Counted from the first letter of the stretch, positions 14,049-24,925 are shown. The stretch: 32,000 bases of DNA from Pseudodesulfovibrio piezophilus C1TLV30 (GCF_000341895.1 NC_020409.1:1590001-1622000), one strand, 5' to 3'. The notes: generated by a model not told the origin, from the letters alone. Made by a program: numbers and translations.

Positions 14049-14441
14049 TTATTGTAAATGCGGTTTTACCTTATCTGAAGCCATCCCCACAGCGATATCC
14101 AATGCCTCTGCTGAAGTGGTGCGTTCAATTCCAAACCAATCCCCTGCAGGCGTTGTGGCGTTTTTCAATATTTCAAGGACACTGCCCCCAAAACGGACCG
14201 CAAGAGTATTCTGTGGCCAATTTGCATACATCTTCTTCAAGCCACTCTTTGCCGCGTCCACCAAAACCAGAATGCTATAATGAGATTAGACTTTGCCATT
14301 TGGTAGATGTTCTCTCCCCGTGCCCACATGCATTACTTGTGCATTATCACAAGAGAGATCGACCTCGCACGCCTGAGGCAAGCTTACGTCTGGAAGCAGG
14401 CAAACAAAGACTAGAGCCAAAATCACACGTATTTTATTCAT
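14049..14441 (-). pseudogene. Small secreted hypothetical protein interrupted by an in-frame TAA (or a 51-aa signal-peptide ORF plus an unrelated ORF)
   Basis: GGGAGTGGG precedes the ATG at 14441. The translation MNKIRVILALVFVCLLPDVSLPQA looks like a signal peptide. TAA at 14288-14286 is followed in the same frame by the 71-aa track ORF (14049-14264). Confidence 0.4.
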
Positions 14442-14944
14442 CCCACTCCCCATATGTGATCATTTAGTTAATCATCGCATTATCAGAACCTACCGCTGTC
14501 AAACATATAACCTAGCCGACTGGGAGGGGCTTTGGTAGTCAGCATCACCGAATTGAGAGTTAAGAGCATGCATGCAACCTGCTGGGAACGCTCTTGATGG
14601 CTAAGCAAAGAGGCTCCGGAAGCTCATCCACCAGAAATGCTAAAGAATATTTCACCCAGTCTTCCATAGGCAAAGCCTCCATGACAACCTGCTTACGAAC
14701 CCTCCAGACAAGAAAGTTTTCAGCTGGATATTCAGACTGATATAGTGACACATTTCAGAAATTGCCGATTGACCTCAGTGAGTGTTCAACTCTATTCTTT
14801 GGCTGGGCAACGTGAGATCTACAAACGCACGGTCAAGAGTGATCTGGACACTGACGACCATGTTCCTGTCGCTCGTCCGACCATTGAAGTTTTCACCGCC
14901 CCACCGAGATGAACCCAGGCAAGTCCCCATACAAGGAATAGGCT

Positions 14945-15340
14945 ATGCAAATTTCCGTCACCACACCAGCGCTTCTCTTCCCGGCGATCTCACTTTTCAT
15001 GCTCGCCTTTACAAACCGTTTTCTCTCACTGGGAGGACGCATCAGAGCCTTGCATGATCAGTACAGGATCGAACCGGATGAATCCATCCGAAAGCAGATC
15101 GAAAACCTGCGAATCCGCGTTCACATGATACGCCGAATGCAGGGATTTGGTGTCATGTCCATGCTGAGCTGCATATTTTCCATGGTTTGCCTTTTCCAGA
15201 CATGGGAATTGGAAGGCGAAATATTATTCGGCATCAGCCTGATCTTTCTCATTCTGTCCCTGGGTATTTCCTTTATGGAAATACGGATATCAGTCAACGC
15301 ACTCGAAATATTGCTGGAAGATATGGAGCGAGAAGAATAG
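14945..15340 (+). CDS. DUF2721-family membrane protein
   Basis: ..LLFPAISLFMLAFTNRFLSLGGRIRALH..IRKQIENLRIRVHMIRRMQ plus C-terminal transmembrane segments fit the DUF2721 pattern as I recall it. AAGGA lies upstream of the ATG. Confidence 0.65.
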   Translation: MQISVTTPALLFPAISLFMLAFTNRFLSLGGRIRALHDQYRIEPDESIRKQIENLRIRVHMIRRMQGFGVMSMLSCIFSMVCLFQTWELEGEILFGISLIFLILSLGISFMEIRISVNALEILLEDMEREE

Positions 15341-15386
15341 AGCTTCGCAATCAACGGGAAAACTCAAAGGCAATCACTTTTGAGGC

Positions 15387-15914
15387 TCAAATATATAGAC
15401 GCTTGAAGCTGGCCCCTTTCTCTGGCAAATCTCTATAGTGAAGATATTCAGCCGCAGCTTTTTTCATCGATCGAATCATGAGTGGCACCAATCCTGCCCG
15501 AGTGACTTTGCGAGTCCAGAAACGCACTTCGCATGTCTCATCAGTCTTAAAAACCATTGTCAGTTCCAGCCCAGTGCCCCGCTCCACCACCACGGGTGCG
15601 AACTGATCCTGCATGTTCACGGTCACATCCATGGCCGGGAATATATCCTGATTCTTGATGGCCATGAAATTGATATTTCTCATCTCTTTTGGTGAAAGCC
15701 TGAGCGCTTTCACACTCACAGCACCCTTCACCGAAACACTTTCAATGATCTGCGTATCATATGTTGGTTGAGAGGAAGGAAAGGTCAGCCCCACCAGATT
15801 GGTCTGAAAGGCAACAACGGCAGCAACTGCAATCAGCAACATGACTGCGATTACGAGTGTCCGCTTCGTATTATTTGTCTGCTTTTTCGCCAAAGTGCTC
15901 TGCTCCCATGCCAC
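15387..15914 (-). CDS. Membrane-anchored hypothetical protein, paralogue of 16044-16532
   Basis: It has an N-terminal transmembrane helix (TLVIAVMLLIAVAAVVAF). The C-terminus CEVRFWTRKVTRAGLVPLMIRSMKKAAAEY..SFKRLYI is shared with its neighbour. GTG start per the ORF track. Confidence 0.6.
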   Translation of the reverse strand: MAWEQSTLAKKQTNNTKRTLVIAVMLLIAVAAVVAFQTNLVGLTFPSSQPTYDTQIIESVSVKGAVSVKALRLSPKEMRNINFMAIKNQDIFPAMDVTVNMQDQFAPVVVERGTGLELTMVFKTDETCEVRFWTRKVTRAGLVPLMIRSMKKAAAEYLHYRDLPEKGASFKRLYI

Positions 15915-16043
15915 ATCCTCACATCAGAAATGAGGAAACAACTAACTCTGACAATCACAGTCTACCAGAACAAACCTGCTCATAAAAAAAGGGTCCGAGC
16001 TTTTACTCAGACCCTATATTGGCTGACTCAATTTATCAACCGA

Positions 16044-16532
16044 CTATATATAGAGACATTTAAAACTTTGTTGCACATCAGGATACTTTTTGAACTGCTC
16101 AAATTCCTTGGCGGCCTTGTCCATATATAGGACCATTTGCGGCACCAGATCGCTCCTTGGAACCTTTCGACTCCAAGAACGAACCTCACAGTTTCCATCC
16201 GTCTCCAGGACCATGGCCATGACAAGGACCGACTTCCCATCAAGTTGCCCACTTCCTGACTTTCTATCGAGGAAGACGGCAACTTGTGTAAAAGTATTTC
16301 TATGCGATTTGACAGTCCTGTTGATCTTCTTGACTTCATTTTCTGTCAGTCCAAGTTCGGAGACCTTGATCGTGCCCTTAACCGCAACCACCCCTGTCAG
16401 GGTGTCACTCATGGCGCTGCGCGCCCCCCAAAGCCCTGCCTTAAATGCAACCAGTCCTGCCATACATAAAAAGAGCGCAACAATGGCTATTACCTTATAG
16501 CCAGTCCTGGGAACAGCTTTTTCAACAACCAT
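16044..16532 (-). CDS. Membrane-anchored hypothetical protein, paralogue of 15387-15914
   Basis: CEVRSWSRKVPRSDLVPQMVLYMDKAAKEF..SFKCLYI, with transmembrane helix YKVIAIVALFLCMAGLVAF. The start is placed at the ATG at 16532, with GGGAG 9 nt upstream. ATG 16541 is an alternative. The track start at 16679 adds an implausible extension. Confidence 0.6.
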   Translation of the reverse strand: MVVEKAVPRTGYKVIAIVALFLCMAGLVAFKAGLWGARSAMSDTLTGVVAVKGTIKVSELGLTENEVKKINRTVKSHRNTFTQVAVFLDRKSGSGQLDGKSVLVMAMVLETDGNCEVRSWSRKVPRSDLVPQMVLYMDKAAKEFEQFKKYPDVQQSFKCLYI

Positions 16533-16932
16533 CTTCCACATCTCCCGAAGGGCTAAGAATATCAGTAAAAAATTAAGGATGTCTCTATAGAGATTCAGAG
16601 GTAAATCATTTGTGGCGACTTGGCAACGCCACCTTTGGGCGAATTTTAAGCCCACCATTTTTAACCATTCACAATACAAAGAAAAATTTTACAGAATACA
16701 ATACTTTATATTTTTTTACAAGTATCAACTCCATTATCATAATTTGATACTTACAGAGACTCTCTCACCTCTCCTCAATATTCCCTGTGTTTCTCTATAC
16801 AAAACAAAGAGCGATTCAAGCCTCAGCTATGTGTTTTATTCTTCTCGAATCATGCAAGTTTCACAGCTGGATTCTTCCCGTTTTTACTCTGTATTGAGTG
16901 TTATGCAACAATGTTGTAGGAGATGTCGGTAT

Positions 16933-18213
16933 ATGGTGAAAACAGATATGCCGGAATATAGGGTTTCAGTGGACCAATTGCGAATCGGTGTCTTCATCCG
17001 CTTGGACAAGACCAGTTGGTTTGATCACCCGTTTCTCTTCAACCAATTCAAGGTTAAAGATGAAGATCAGATAGCACTGCTCCGAAACCTTGGAATGACC
17101 CAAGTCTTTTGTATTCCGGAAAAGAGTGACATTCTCCCATTACGCCCTGCTGAAGGAGACAAGGATAAGACTGTCGCAAGACGGCAACTTCCCCAGGAAA
17201 TCATTGATCACTTATGGGAGATCAAGAGAGAGCGGACCCGGCGTTTACGCGCTAAAAAACAGCGTATAGCCGAGTGCGAAGAACACTTTACCACTTGCAT
17301 CAAAACTTTTGACAACATCATGACCGGAGTGCTTGGTGGCAATGTGCATTCCATCAAAGAAGCCATCGCTTTTGTTGAACGACTCTCTACCTATTTCCTG
17401 GAAGATCGGGAGTCCACACTCCACCTCATGAATGTGGTTGATCATGCCGAGGCAGCTTATTCTCACCCCATGAACGTGGCAGTCCTGTCACTCATGGTTG
17501 GCAAGGAAGCTGGCTTTGATGCCGAAGAAATGATGGCGCTTGGCTTGGGGGCACTTTTTCATGACATTGGCAAGGCGCATATTCCGAAAAAGCTTCTCCG
17601 AAAAAAAGGGATATTAACCAAATCGGAAAAGAAACTCATTGAGCAACATGCCCTCGCCGGTGCAGCCATGTTGACCGAAATAGATATTTTCCCCTCAGAA
17701 GTTCCACTGATTGTCGCTCATCACCATGAGCGCATGGATGGCTCTGGTTCACCTGCCCGACTGATGGGAGAGGCTATCAACAGGATGAGCCGCATTGTCG
17801 CCATAGCAGATGCCTATGACAACCATACCAACGCTCATATCCCGGATGATTCCCTCACACCATATCTCGCCCTGTCATATATGTTCGGCCAGCAAAAACA
17901 ACTTTTCGATGTCGAGATACTCGCTCTCTTTATTCGCTGTCTTGGGGTCTACCCCCCCGGAACAGTTGTCGAATTATCAAACGGATCCATCGGGATGGTG
18001 ATGTCGGTCAATCCCAAAAATCAGCTCAACCCCAGCGTGGTCCTTTACGATGAAGAAGTACCCAAAAAGGAAGCATTGATCGTGGATCTCGCCGATGAAG
18101 CCGACCTGCGAGTGGAAAAATCCATCAGGCTCGCGCACCTTCCACAGGAAGTTCTGGACTACCTGTCACCCAGGACAAAGATAACCTACTTTGTCGATCC
18201 AAGCGGTATCTAA
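16933..18213 (+). CDS. HD-GYP-type phosphohydrolase domain protein with DUF3391-like N-terminus
   Basis: MVKTDMPEYRVSVDQLRIGVFIRLD..SWFDHPF is a DUF3391-like N-terminus. ..LFHDIGKAHIP.. and ..VAHHHERMDGSGSPARL are HD-GYP signatures, here with GSP in place of GYP. AGGAG lies 10 nt upstream of the ATG at 16933. The track start at 16612 lies in AT-rich DNA. Confidence 0.8.
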   Translation: MVKTDMPEYRVSVDQLRIGVFIRLDKTSWFDHPFLFNQFKVKDEDQIALLRNLGMTQVFCIPEKSDILPLRPAEGDKDKTVARRQLPQEIIDHLWEIKRERTRRLRAKKQRIAECEEHFTTCIKTFDNIMTGVLGGNVHSIKEAIAFVERLSTYFLEDRESTLHLMNVVDHAEAAYSHPMNVAVLSLMVGKEAGFDAEEMMALGLGALFHDIGKAHIPKKLLRKKGILTKSEKKLIEQHALAGAAMLTEIDIFPSEVPLIVAHHHERMDGSGSPARLMGEAINRMSRIVAIADAYDNHTNAHIPDDSLTPYLALSYMFGQQKQLFDVEILALFIRCLGVYPPGTVVELSNGSIGMVMSVNPKNQLNPSVVLYDEEVPKKEALIVDLADEADLRVEKSIRLAHLPQEVLDYLSPRTKITYFVDPSGI

Positions 18214-18332
18214 ACTTTTCTGCGGCAACAGTTCCTGAAAAGGTATTTCCCAACGCACAATTCAAAGCACATGACGCGCATCAATCCTTCTGCGCACACT
18301 CCTCAATGCCACTCTGCGCAGAGAATCCCTTT

Positions 18333-19157
18333 CTATTCCTTGACTGATCCTGCAAGCAATCCGCGTATAAAATATCTTCCAAGGAAGATGTAAATACACA
18401 GGACCGGAACAGCGGCCATAATCGACCCTGCCATGGGGAGATTCCAACTCACAGCCTGTCCCCCGGCCAGCTGAGCCAGCCCGACCGTGATCGGATTATC
18501 AGCATGACGGGTCAAACAGATACCCCAAAGGAATTCATTCCAGATTTGTGTAAACTGCCACAGCGATGTGACGACAAAACCGGGAATCGAAAGAGGAAAG
18601 ACGATCCGTGTATAGATGGAAAAGAATCCGGCCCCGTCAAGACGCCCGGATTCGATGAGCGCAGTCGGAATCTGCGAATAGAAATTACGAAAGATCAATG
18701 ATGTGATCGGCAGTCCATACACGATATGTGCCAGAATCAACCCCGGCAACCCGCCATACAGATTCATAGCGCGCAGGGTCTGAAACAACGGGATCAGGAT
18801 GACCTGATATGGAATAAACATGCCGAAAAGGAACAGGGTAAAAACGATTTCACTTCCCTTGAATTTCCACTTGGAAAAGACATATCCATTCAGAGAACCG
18901 AGTAGAGTGGACCCGGCCGTGGCACAGATAGTGAGAATGACTGAATTGACAAAACTCGGTTTGAGCAACGAAATCGCCTGGGAAAAACTTCCCCAATTGA
19001 GCACAGACGGAAGCTCCCAGGCCGTTGGAAGATTGATCTCTGCCGGCATTTTGAGTGCTGTCACCAAGGCCATATAGGCTGGCATGAGAAAAAGAAGGGC
19101 GAGAACAGCGAGAGTTCCGTACAGTAAAAAGGAACCGGGAGTCATGGCACGTTTCAT
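18333..19157 (-). CDS. Carbohydrate ABC transporter permease (MalG/UgpE-like)
   Basis: Six-TM-type hydrophobic profile with the EAA loop ..[27 protein letters not shown]. Confidence 0.85.
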   Translation of the reverse strand: MKRAMTPGSFLLYGTLAVLALLFLMPAYMALVTALKMPAEINLPTAWELPSVLNWGSFSQAISLLKPSFVNSVILTICATAGSTLLGSLNGYVFSKWKFKGSEIVFTLFLFGMFIPYQVILIPLFQTLRAMNLYGGLPGLILAHIVYGLPITSLIFRNFYSQIPTALIESGRLDGAGFFSIYTRIVFPLSIPGFVVTSLWQFTQIWNEFLWGICLTRHADNPITVGLAQLAGGQAVSWNLPMAGSIMAAVPVLCIYIFLGRYFIRGLLAGSVKE

Positions 19158-19159
19158 GG

Positions 19160-20278
19160 TTAGCCTCTCCTTCTATGACGATATTGGCTGACCAGGTACG
19201 GCACTATGAAGGTGGCTGCCACCAGAAAAAGAACGATAGCTATGGCGGCACCTGCGGCAAAGTCGTTGGCCCTGAAGGTTGTCAAATACATATTGAGCGC
19301 GGGATGACCTGTCTCCGCGTTATCCGGGCCAGTCATGGCAAAGATCAAATCAAACATTTTCAGCGAGATATGTGACAGAATAATAACCGCACTGATAGTA
19401 ATCGGTTTGAGCATCGGAATGGCGACATGGCAGTAATAACCAACTTCACTTGCGCCATCGAGCATGGCCGCATCCCGTAAATCTTGAGAAATTCCGTTGA
19501 ACCCAGCTAGGTAGAGTGCCATGGTGTACCCGGAATACTGCCATATGGTCGCCATGATAATACCAAGTGTCGCCATATTGAACCCGTGAGTCTCTTCCAT
19601 GAAGAGAGCGTCGGGCAAAAAATCGCCCAAAAGCCACGTTGCGGCACCTAGGGCAATCCCTGGAACGAGCCACCGTTTGATCGCACGGCTCGTATTTCCC
19701 TTGAGCTTGTACAGACCCACAAGAATAAGAACAAATGTGAGCAGAAAAAGAAGAATCGCAAAGAGATTCTGCCAATTGAATTCCAGGATGGCCCCAGTGC
19801 TTGACAACCAGTCAAAGGAAAGAGGGTCCAGTCCCAGATAGGTGGGAAGGATATTGACACCCCCCTGAGGAGCGAGAAGCCATCTCCAAATGGTTCCCGA
19901 GACAATGAATGACAATGCCATGGGGTAAAGAAAAATGGTGCGCAGGATATCTTCGCCCTTGGGCTTCTGATCAAGGAGAATGGCAATGAACATTCCAAGA
20001 CCTATGGCTCCGACCAAAAGCATCACTGAATAATAGACGGCATTGACCAGATCCTGCCGAAAACCGCTTCCCAGAAAGCCTGTAAACAGCTCAATATAAT
20101 TATCTAAACCAACAAAATTTTTCTGTGGATGAAAAGCAAGTGACCCGGAGCCACCCCAATCCGTCATGGATGTCCAGATGGTATCGCCAATGAAGCCGTA
20201 AACAAAAACGGCTATGAGGATCATGGATGGCAACAATGTCAAAAAGGCTTTGTATTTATCTCGTGATGCTTCGCGCAT
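19160..20278 (-). CDS. Carbohydrate ABC transporter permease (MalF/UgpA-like)
   Basis: Polytopic membrane protein with the EAA loop ..[26 protein letters not shown]. It abuts the second permease gene. Confidence 0.85.
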   Translation of the reverse strand: MREASRDKYKAFLTLLPSMILIAVFVYGFIGDTIWTSMTDWGGSGSLAFHPQKNFVGLDNYIELFTGFLGSGFRQDLVNAVYYSVMLLVGAIGLGMFIAILLDQKPKGEDILRTIFLYPMALSFIVSGTIWRWLLAPQGGVNILPTYLGLDPLSFDWLSSTGAILEFNWQNLFAILLFLLTFVLILVGLYKLKGNTSRAIKRWLVPGIALGAATWLLGDFLPDALFMEETHGFNMATLGIIMATIWQYSGYTMALYLAGFNGISQDLRDAAMLDGASEVGYYCHVAIPMLKPITISAVIILSHISLKMFDLIFAMTGPDNAETGHPALNMYLTTFRANDFAAGAAIAIVLFLVAATFIVPYLVSQYRHRRRG

Positions 20279-20381
20279 TCTCTAACCTAACGCTGCCGCT
20301 GCACTAGTCGCGACAACTCTCCATTCGTTTATGCTGTCCGCACCGGAAACGCATGATTCCCGATGCGGACAACGTGTTGTT

Positions 20382-21638
20382 TTAGATGCCGGACTTCTTG
20401 GCCAATTGAGCGCACGCCTTGCCAGCCGCCATGGGATTCCTAGTTTTCAGGAACATTTCCATGACAGAGGCGAAACCGCCCATGAATGTCTCATTGGCGG
20501 CAACGCCATGAGCCAAGGAACCAACCACACGATCCTTGCCAAAATCAGCAGCCGCAGATTGAAGATAGTCATTATACTTGCTCAAATCGGAATCCGTACG
20601 AGCAGAGATAGACCCCTTGAGCGGATTGAATGTGTCGCTGCCTTCCTTGGAACCAAGCAATTTCAACCATGTGAGAGCATTGTCCCTGTGAGGAGAGCCC
20701 TTTGGCAACCCGAAGGAATCCGCCAGGAACAGGAATTCGCCCTCGGTATCGGGAGAGGCTTCCCAACCGTACCCTTGACCCGGTACCAACTTTTTAGTGG
20801 TCGTCATGTAACCGGCGGCCCAGTCTCCCATGATGTTAAAGGCAGCACGCCCGTCAATAACCATGTCGGTCGCCTGTTGCCAGGAGAGAGAGGTCGCGTC
20901 GGAGTTAGTATATTCAAGCACCTTGCCGAACAATTCCCAAGCTTTGACTCCCTCAGGAGAATCAAACTTCAGCTTTCCGGCCCACAGAGCATCCCAGTTG
21001 TCCGCACCCAAGGAAGCCAGGGCAACGGATTCCCACAGATGATTGGCAGTCCAGTTCTGGGCCAGAGCCAGCGGGGTGACTCCTGCCGCCTTGAGTTTGG
21101 GAGCGATGGCGAAAAATTCATCCCATGTTTTGGGAACTTCCACACCCCATTTCTTGAGATTGGCGGGAATGTACCACAGCACATTGGAACGGTGAACATT
21201 GACCGGCACAGACCAGATGCCCTTATCGGTTCCGATAAGCTTGATCAGCCCTTTGGGAAAAACATCCATCCATCCCTGCTCATTGAACAACGGAGTCAGG
21301 TCTTCCATACGATCAGCCTTGACCCAGGTACCGATCAGTTCCTGACCGGAGTGGACCTGAAAGGAATCCGGCGGCTCACCACCCAGCATCCGAGTTTTCA
21401 GAACAGCCTTGGCATTGACACCTGACCCACCGGTCACGGTGGCATTGATCACATCCACCTTGGGATTCTGTTTCTTGTAAATATCGATCAGGGCCTGCAA
21501 GGCTGGACCTTCATCCCCTGCCCACCAGGAAAAAATCTCCAGATCGCCAGTCAACTCCTTGGCCTGCACGGCCTGGGGGGCTGCCAACACAAGGACGGCA
21601 ACCAGAGCCATGAGAATCTTCGCAACGGTCGTTTTCAT
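20382..21638 (-). CDS. Sugar ABC transporter substrate-binding protein (family 1 SBP)
   Basis: GGAGG precedes the ATG at 21638. The signal peptide is [26 protein letters not shown]. The length and composition are typical of family 1 SBPs. The track start at 21707 is an upstream extension. Confidence 0.85.
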   Translation of the reverse strand: MKTTVAKILMALVAVLVLAAPQAVQAKELTGDLEIFSWWAGDEGPALQALIDIYKKQNPKVDVINATVTGGSGVNAKAVLKTRMLGGEPPDSFQVHSGQELIGTWVKADRMEDLTPLFNEQGWMDVFPKGLIKLIGTDKGIWSVPVNVHRSNVLWYIPANLKKWGVEVPKTWDEFFAIAPKLKAAGVTPLALAQNWTANHLWESVALASLGADNWDALWAGKLKFDSPEGVKAWELFGKVLEYTNSDATSLSWQQATDMVIDGRAAFNIMGDWAAGYMTTTKKLVPGQGYGWEASPDTEGEFLFLADSFGLPKGSPHRDNALTWLKLLGSKEGSDTFNPLKGSISARTDSDLSKYNDYLQSAAADFGKDRVVGSLAHGVAANETFMGGFASVMEMFLKTRNPMAAGKACAQLAKKSGI

Positions 21639-21716
21639 ACTACCTCCTAAGTATTGTGAAACACACCTACAGCCAATCAAAACAATATTAAAATAACCAC
21701 TTACCATGGCACAAAA

Positions 21717-22814
21717 TCAAGTGAGCGCATTGGTTGTCTCAGGGTCAAAGAGAACCATTCTGTTAAACTCAAAACCGATGGGAACTATCTCACCAGGATG
21801 GGCGACAATCCTTCCCTCCACTTCGGCAATCAATTCATTGTCGCCATCGACCACGATTTCCAAATGAGACTGCCCACCGAGAATTTCTGAAACAACAACT
21901 TCCCCCTGGCACAGCCATTCCTTGGGTAGCTTGTCAATATTATCACCCATTTTGATGGAATCCGGCCGAATACCGATCAGCACCGGGTCACCATGTTTCA
22001 AGGATTCGGCCTTACCGTCCACCAAAGGAAAAGTTGATTTCCCGGCGACCACGCAACGTCGACCATCGATCACTTCATAAATCCCCTTGAGAATATTCAT
22101 GGGAGGATTGCCTATAAAACTGGCAACAAAGACATTGGCTGGTTTTTCAAAGACATCAATGGGCGTGCCCACCTGCTGGATATGCCCATCCTTGAGAATC
22201 ACGATACGATCTGCCAGGGTCATCGCTTCTATCTGGTCATGCGTCACGTAGATGGTCGTCGTGGACACCCTGAGATGCATCTTCCGCAATTCCATCCGCA
22301 TCTGGGTGCGGAGCTGGGCATCCAGATTGGACAACGGCTCGTCAAAAAGGAAAACATCCGGCTTGCGAACCATGGCACGTCCCATGGCAACTCTTTGACG
22401 CTGCCCACCAGAGAGTTCTGAAGGCTTTCTATCCAGATATTTTTCCAGTTCAAGAATACGGGCAGCCTCGTTGACCTTGGCTTGAATGTCATCCTTGGAC
22501 CGCTTGCGCATTTTCAGGGAGAACCCCATATTTTCACGAACAGTCATGTGCGGATACAGTGCATAGTTCTGAAAGACCATGGCAACGTTGCGATCTTTCG
22601 GCGACATTTGATTGACCACCTGATCGCCAATGTGGATTTCTCCGCCGCTGATTTCCTCCAGTCCGGCCACCATGCGCAGCACAGTGGACTTACCACACCC
22701 GGAGGGGCCAACCAGCACAATGAACTCATTGTCTTTGATCTCCAGGTCTATACCGTGAACAACCTCCACATTGCCGTATCGCTTGACGACTTTCTTCAAC
22801 TCGACATGTGCCAT
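21717..22814 (-). CDS. Sugar ABC transporter ATP-binding protein (MalK/UgpC family)
   Basis: Walker A GPSGCGKST, signature LSGGQRQRV, Walker B VFLFDEPLSNLD, and a C-terminal regulatory (TOBE-like) domain. Confidence 0.9.
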   Translation of the reverse strand: MAHVELKKVVKRYGNVEVVHGIDLEIKDNEFIVLVGPSGCGKSTVLRMVAGLEEISGGEIHIGDQVVNQMSPKDRNVAMVFQNYALYPHMTVRENMGFSLKMRKRSKDDIQAKVNEAARILELEKYLDRKPSELSGGQRQRVAMGRAMVRKPDVFLFDEPLSNLDAQLRTQMRMELRKMHLRVSTTTIYVTHDQIEAMTLADRIVILKDGHIQQVGTPIDVFEKPANVFVASFIGNPPMNILKGIYEVIDGRRCVVAGKSTFPLVDGKAESLKHGDPVLIGIRPDSIKMGDNIDKLPKEWLCQGEVVVSEILGGQSHLEIVVDGDNELIAEVEGRIVAHPGEIVPIGFEFNRMVLFDPETTNALT

Positions 22815-22844
22815 TTTCGTCCCTTGATCTCGTTACTCCCGCTC

Positions 22845-23897
22845 TCATTTTCCAGAGAGACGGTACTCTGTTATCTGTTCATACCGCTCACCAGGGCGCA
22901 GTGTGATAGCCGGGAATTCCGGCCTGTTGGGCGCATCGACATAGGCCTGAGTCTCAATGCAGAAACCGGATCTATAGCCGTACATGACCCCCAGCTTTCC
23001 ATTGATACGGTCAGCCATATGATTACCTGAATAAAATTGCAGTCCGGGCTGGGTTGTGCAGACTTCCAGCACACGCCCGCTCCCGCCGTGAAAAATTTGT
23101 GCCGCCGGAGTCATCTCTCCAATATCCCCATCAAGAATGAAATAATGATCATATCCCTGCCCGATACCAATGGCCTCATGATCTGCATCAATATGCAGCC
23201 CGATGGCCTTTGGCCGGGAAAAATCAAAAGGGGTGCCAGCCACGTCATGCACTGCACCGGTAGGAATCTGATCATTGTCCGTCGGCAGATAACGGCTGGC
23301 GTTCAGCGTCAGAACATGGTCAAGAATATCACTTCCCGGATCACCACTCAAATTGAAGTAAGCGTGATTTGTCATGGTAACAACTGTCGGTTTATCCGTC
23401 CTGGCACGGCACGTCATGCGCAGCCCCGCTCCCGTCATGAGATAGACGACTTCAGCATCAAGATTGCCGGGATACCCCTCTTCACCATCTGCGCTTCTGT
23501 AACGCAAAGTCACGGCCGGACCTTCCATGGTTTTTTCGGCTTCCGCTTCCCACAGACGAGAATGAAAACCGGTTGCACCACCGTGCATTTGAAATTTTTC
23601 CTTGTTCCGCGGCAATTTATGGAGAACACCATCAAGCTCAAATTGTCCGTGACTGACTCGATTGGCAACACGACCGACCACAGCGCCAAAATACCCTCGG
23701 CCGTTGATATATTCATCAACAGTATCGTACCCGAGGACCACGTCAGCCATGGTCCCATTTCGGTCCGGGGCTGTCAGGCCGACCAGAATGGCTCCATAGG
23801 AAGTTATGGATGCTGTCATCCCCTGCGCGTTAGTCAAGGTGAACAGGTCAACAGTCCTGCCGTCCGGCATGGAACCCCATGAATTTCTGGTGATCAT
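22845..23897 (-). CDS. galM: Aldose 1-epimerase (galactose mutarotase)
   Basis: 350 aa. ..TNAQGMTASITSYGAILVGL..DVVLGYD...YFGAVVGRVANR..HGG..GF follows the GalM family pattern. It sits within a gal cluster. Confidence 0.8.
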   Translation of the reverse strand: MITRNSWGSMPDGRTVDLFTLTNAQGMTASITSYGAILVGLTAPDRNGTMADVVLGYDTVDEYINGRGYFGAVVGRVANRVSHGQFELDGVLHKLPRNKEKFQMHGGATGFHSRLWEAEAEKTMEGPAVTLRYRSADGEEGYPGNLDAEVVYLMTGAGLRMTCRARTDKPTVVTMTNHAYFNLSGDPGSDILDHVLTLNASRYLPTDNDQIPTGAVHDVAGTPFDFSRPKAIGLHIDADHEAIGIGQGYDHYFILDGDIGEMTPAAQIFHGGSGRVLEVCTTQPGLQFYSGNHMADRINGKLGVMYGYRSGFCIETQAYVDAPNRPEFPAITLRPGERYEQITEYRLSGK

Positions 23898-24922
23898 TGT
23901 CTTCTCTCCCTTGCTATGGATGAACCTCGAATCAAGAGCTTAGTCTCAAGAACCACGGTTTCGGGCAGGAAGGTACCATTTTCTTCGTCAAATTGCCTCA
24001 TTAAAAGTTGCGCGGCTGTCTTTCCCATGCAGAAAGCGGGCTGATACACCGTGGTCAGGGCGGGTTCAAGAAGAGCAGCAACCGGAGTATCGGAAAATCC
24101 AACAAGGGCAACATCTTCGGGTATGCACAGCCCAGCCCGCCTGAATTCGGAAAACAGGCCCACGGCTACAGGGTCGTTGATGGCCAAAATGGCTTCGGGC
24201 GGACGTTCCATGGCAAGGTACTGTTTTGCCCCTTGCCGACCGTCTTCCTCCCTGTATCCACCGTGCAGGTGATACGCCGGGACATACTCCAATCCATAGG
24301 CATGTAGGGCGTCTCGATAGCCCTTATAGCGCAAGCCATTCAGGCTAATGCCATCCTGCCCCGCCATATGACCGATACGACGGTATCCCGAGGAGGCCAG
24401 ATGAGCCACGGCCTCGTAGGCTGCCTTGTAGTCATCAACGACCACTTTCCCGGTTGGCAACTCCTCGACCACGCGATCGAACTGGACGAGAGGAACTCCC
24501 TGTCTGAGCACATCAGCCAGATGGTCATAACAAGTTGTCTCGGATGAAATGGCGATCAGCAGTCCTGCCACTCGATTGGAAATCAACGCCTGAGTATTGA
24601 TCCTTTCCCGAGCCAAGGTTTCATTACTCTGACAGACCATGATGGTATAGCCGTGCTCATAGGCGACTTCTTCAATCCCGCTGATGGCTGTGGAAAAAAA
24701 ATGGTGGCGGATTTCAGGAACAATGACACCGATGGTACTGCTCCTTTTTTTCTGGAGGGACTGAGCCAGCTGATTGGGCTGATAATTGAATTTTCTGGCA
24801 GCTTCTTCCACCCGCTTTTTCATGCTTTCGCTGATATCCGGATGATCCCGTAATGCCCGAGAGACAGTGGAGGGAGAAACTCCGACATAACGGGCAAGAT
24901 CTTTGATGGTATATTGCGCCAC
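23894..24922 (-). CDS. LacI/GalR-family transcriptional regulator
   Basis: N-terminal HTH TIKDLARYVGVSPSTVSRALRDHP plus a periplasmic-binding-protein-like sugar-binding core. Its stop overlaps the galM start by 4 nt. Confidence 0.85.
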   Translation of the reverse strand: MAQYTIKDLARYVGVSPSTVSRALRDHPDISESMKKRVEEAARKFNYQPNQLAQSLQKKRSSTIGVIVPEIRHHFFSTAISGIEEVAYEHGYTIMVCQSNETLARERINTQALISNRVAGLLIAISSETTCYDHLADVLRQGVPLVQFDRVVEELPTGKVVVDDYKAAYEAVAHLASSGYRRIGHMAGQDGISLNGLRYKGYRDALHAYGLEYVPAYHLHGGYREEDGRQGAKQYLAMERPPEAILAINDPVAVGLFSEFRRAGLCIPEDVALVGFSDTPVAALLEPALTTVYQPAFCMGKTAAQLLMRQFDEENGTFLPETVVLETKLLIRGSSIARERRQ

Positions 24923-24925
24923 GGC

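Noticed and set aside
2008-14288. Stop-codon reassignment or programmed readthrough as an explanation for the in-frame TAA/TAG codons
   Set aside because: Well-conserved flanking genes terminate normally at TAA or TAG (for example 1867 TAG and 26224 TAA) with homology ending there. All affected genes sit in or next to a decaying mobile island.
14560-14751. 63-aa minus-strand ORF and a ~55-75 codon open frame on the plus strand (14685-14910) in the gap before the DUF2721 gene
   Set aside because: No RBS and no recognisable family. One has a GTG-only start, and the two overlap each other. They are possibly gene fragments next to the fossil transposon end, but I cannot support a call.
16612-16932. 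N-terminal 107-aa extension of the HD-GYP ORF given by the ORF track
   Set aside because: The extension lies in AT-rich intergenic-looking DNA, has an odd composition and overlaps the divergent neighbour's upstream region. A good AGGAG-N10-ATG at 16933 starts the recognisable DUF3391-like sequence.
20331-21425. Long plus-strand ORF (364 aa) and similar antisense ORFs at 22482-23030, 23037-23882, 29724-30545 and 30729-31970
   Set aside because: Each lies entirely opposite a minus-strand gene with clear family signatures (SBP, ABC ATPase, galM, glnN). Their translations are low-complexity and Arg/Gly/Ser-rich, as expected for shadow ORFs.
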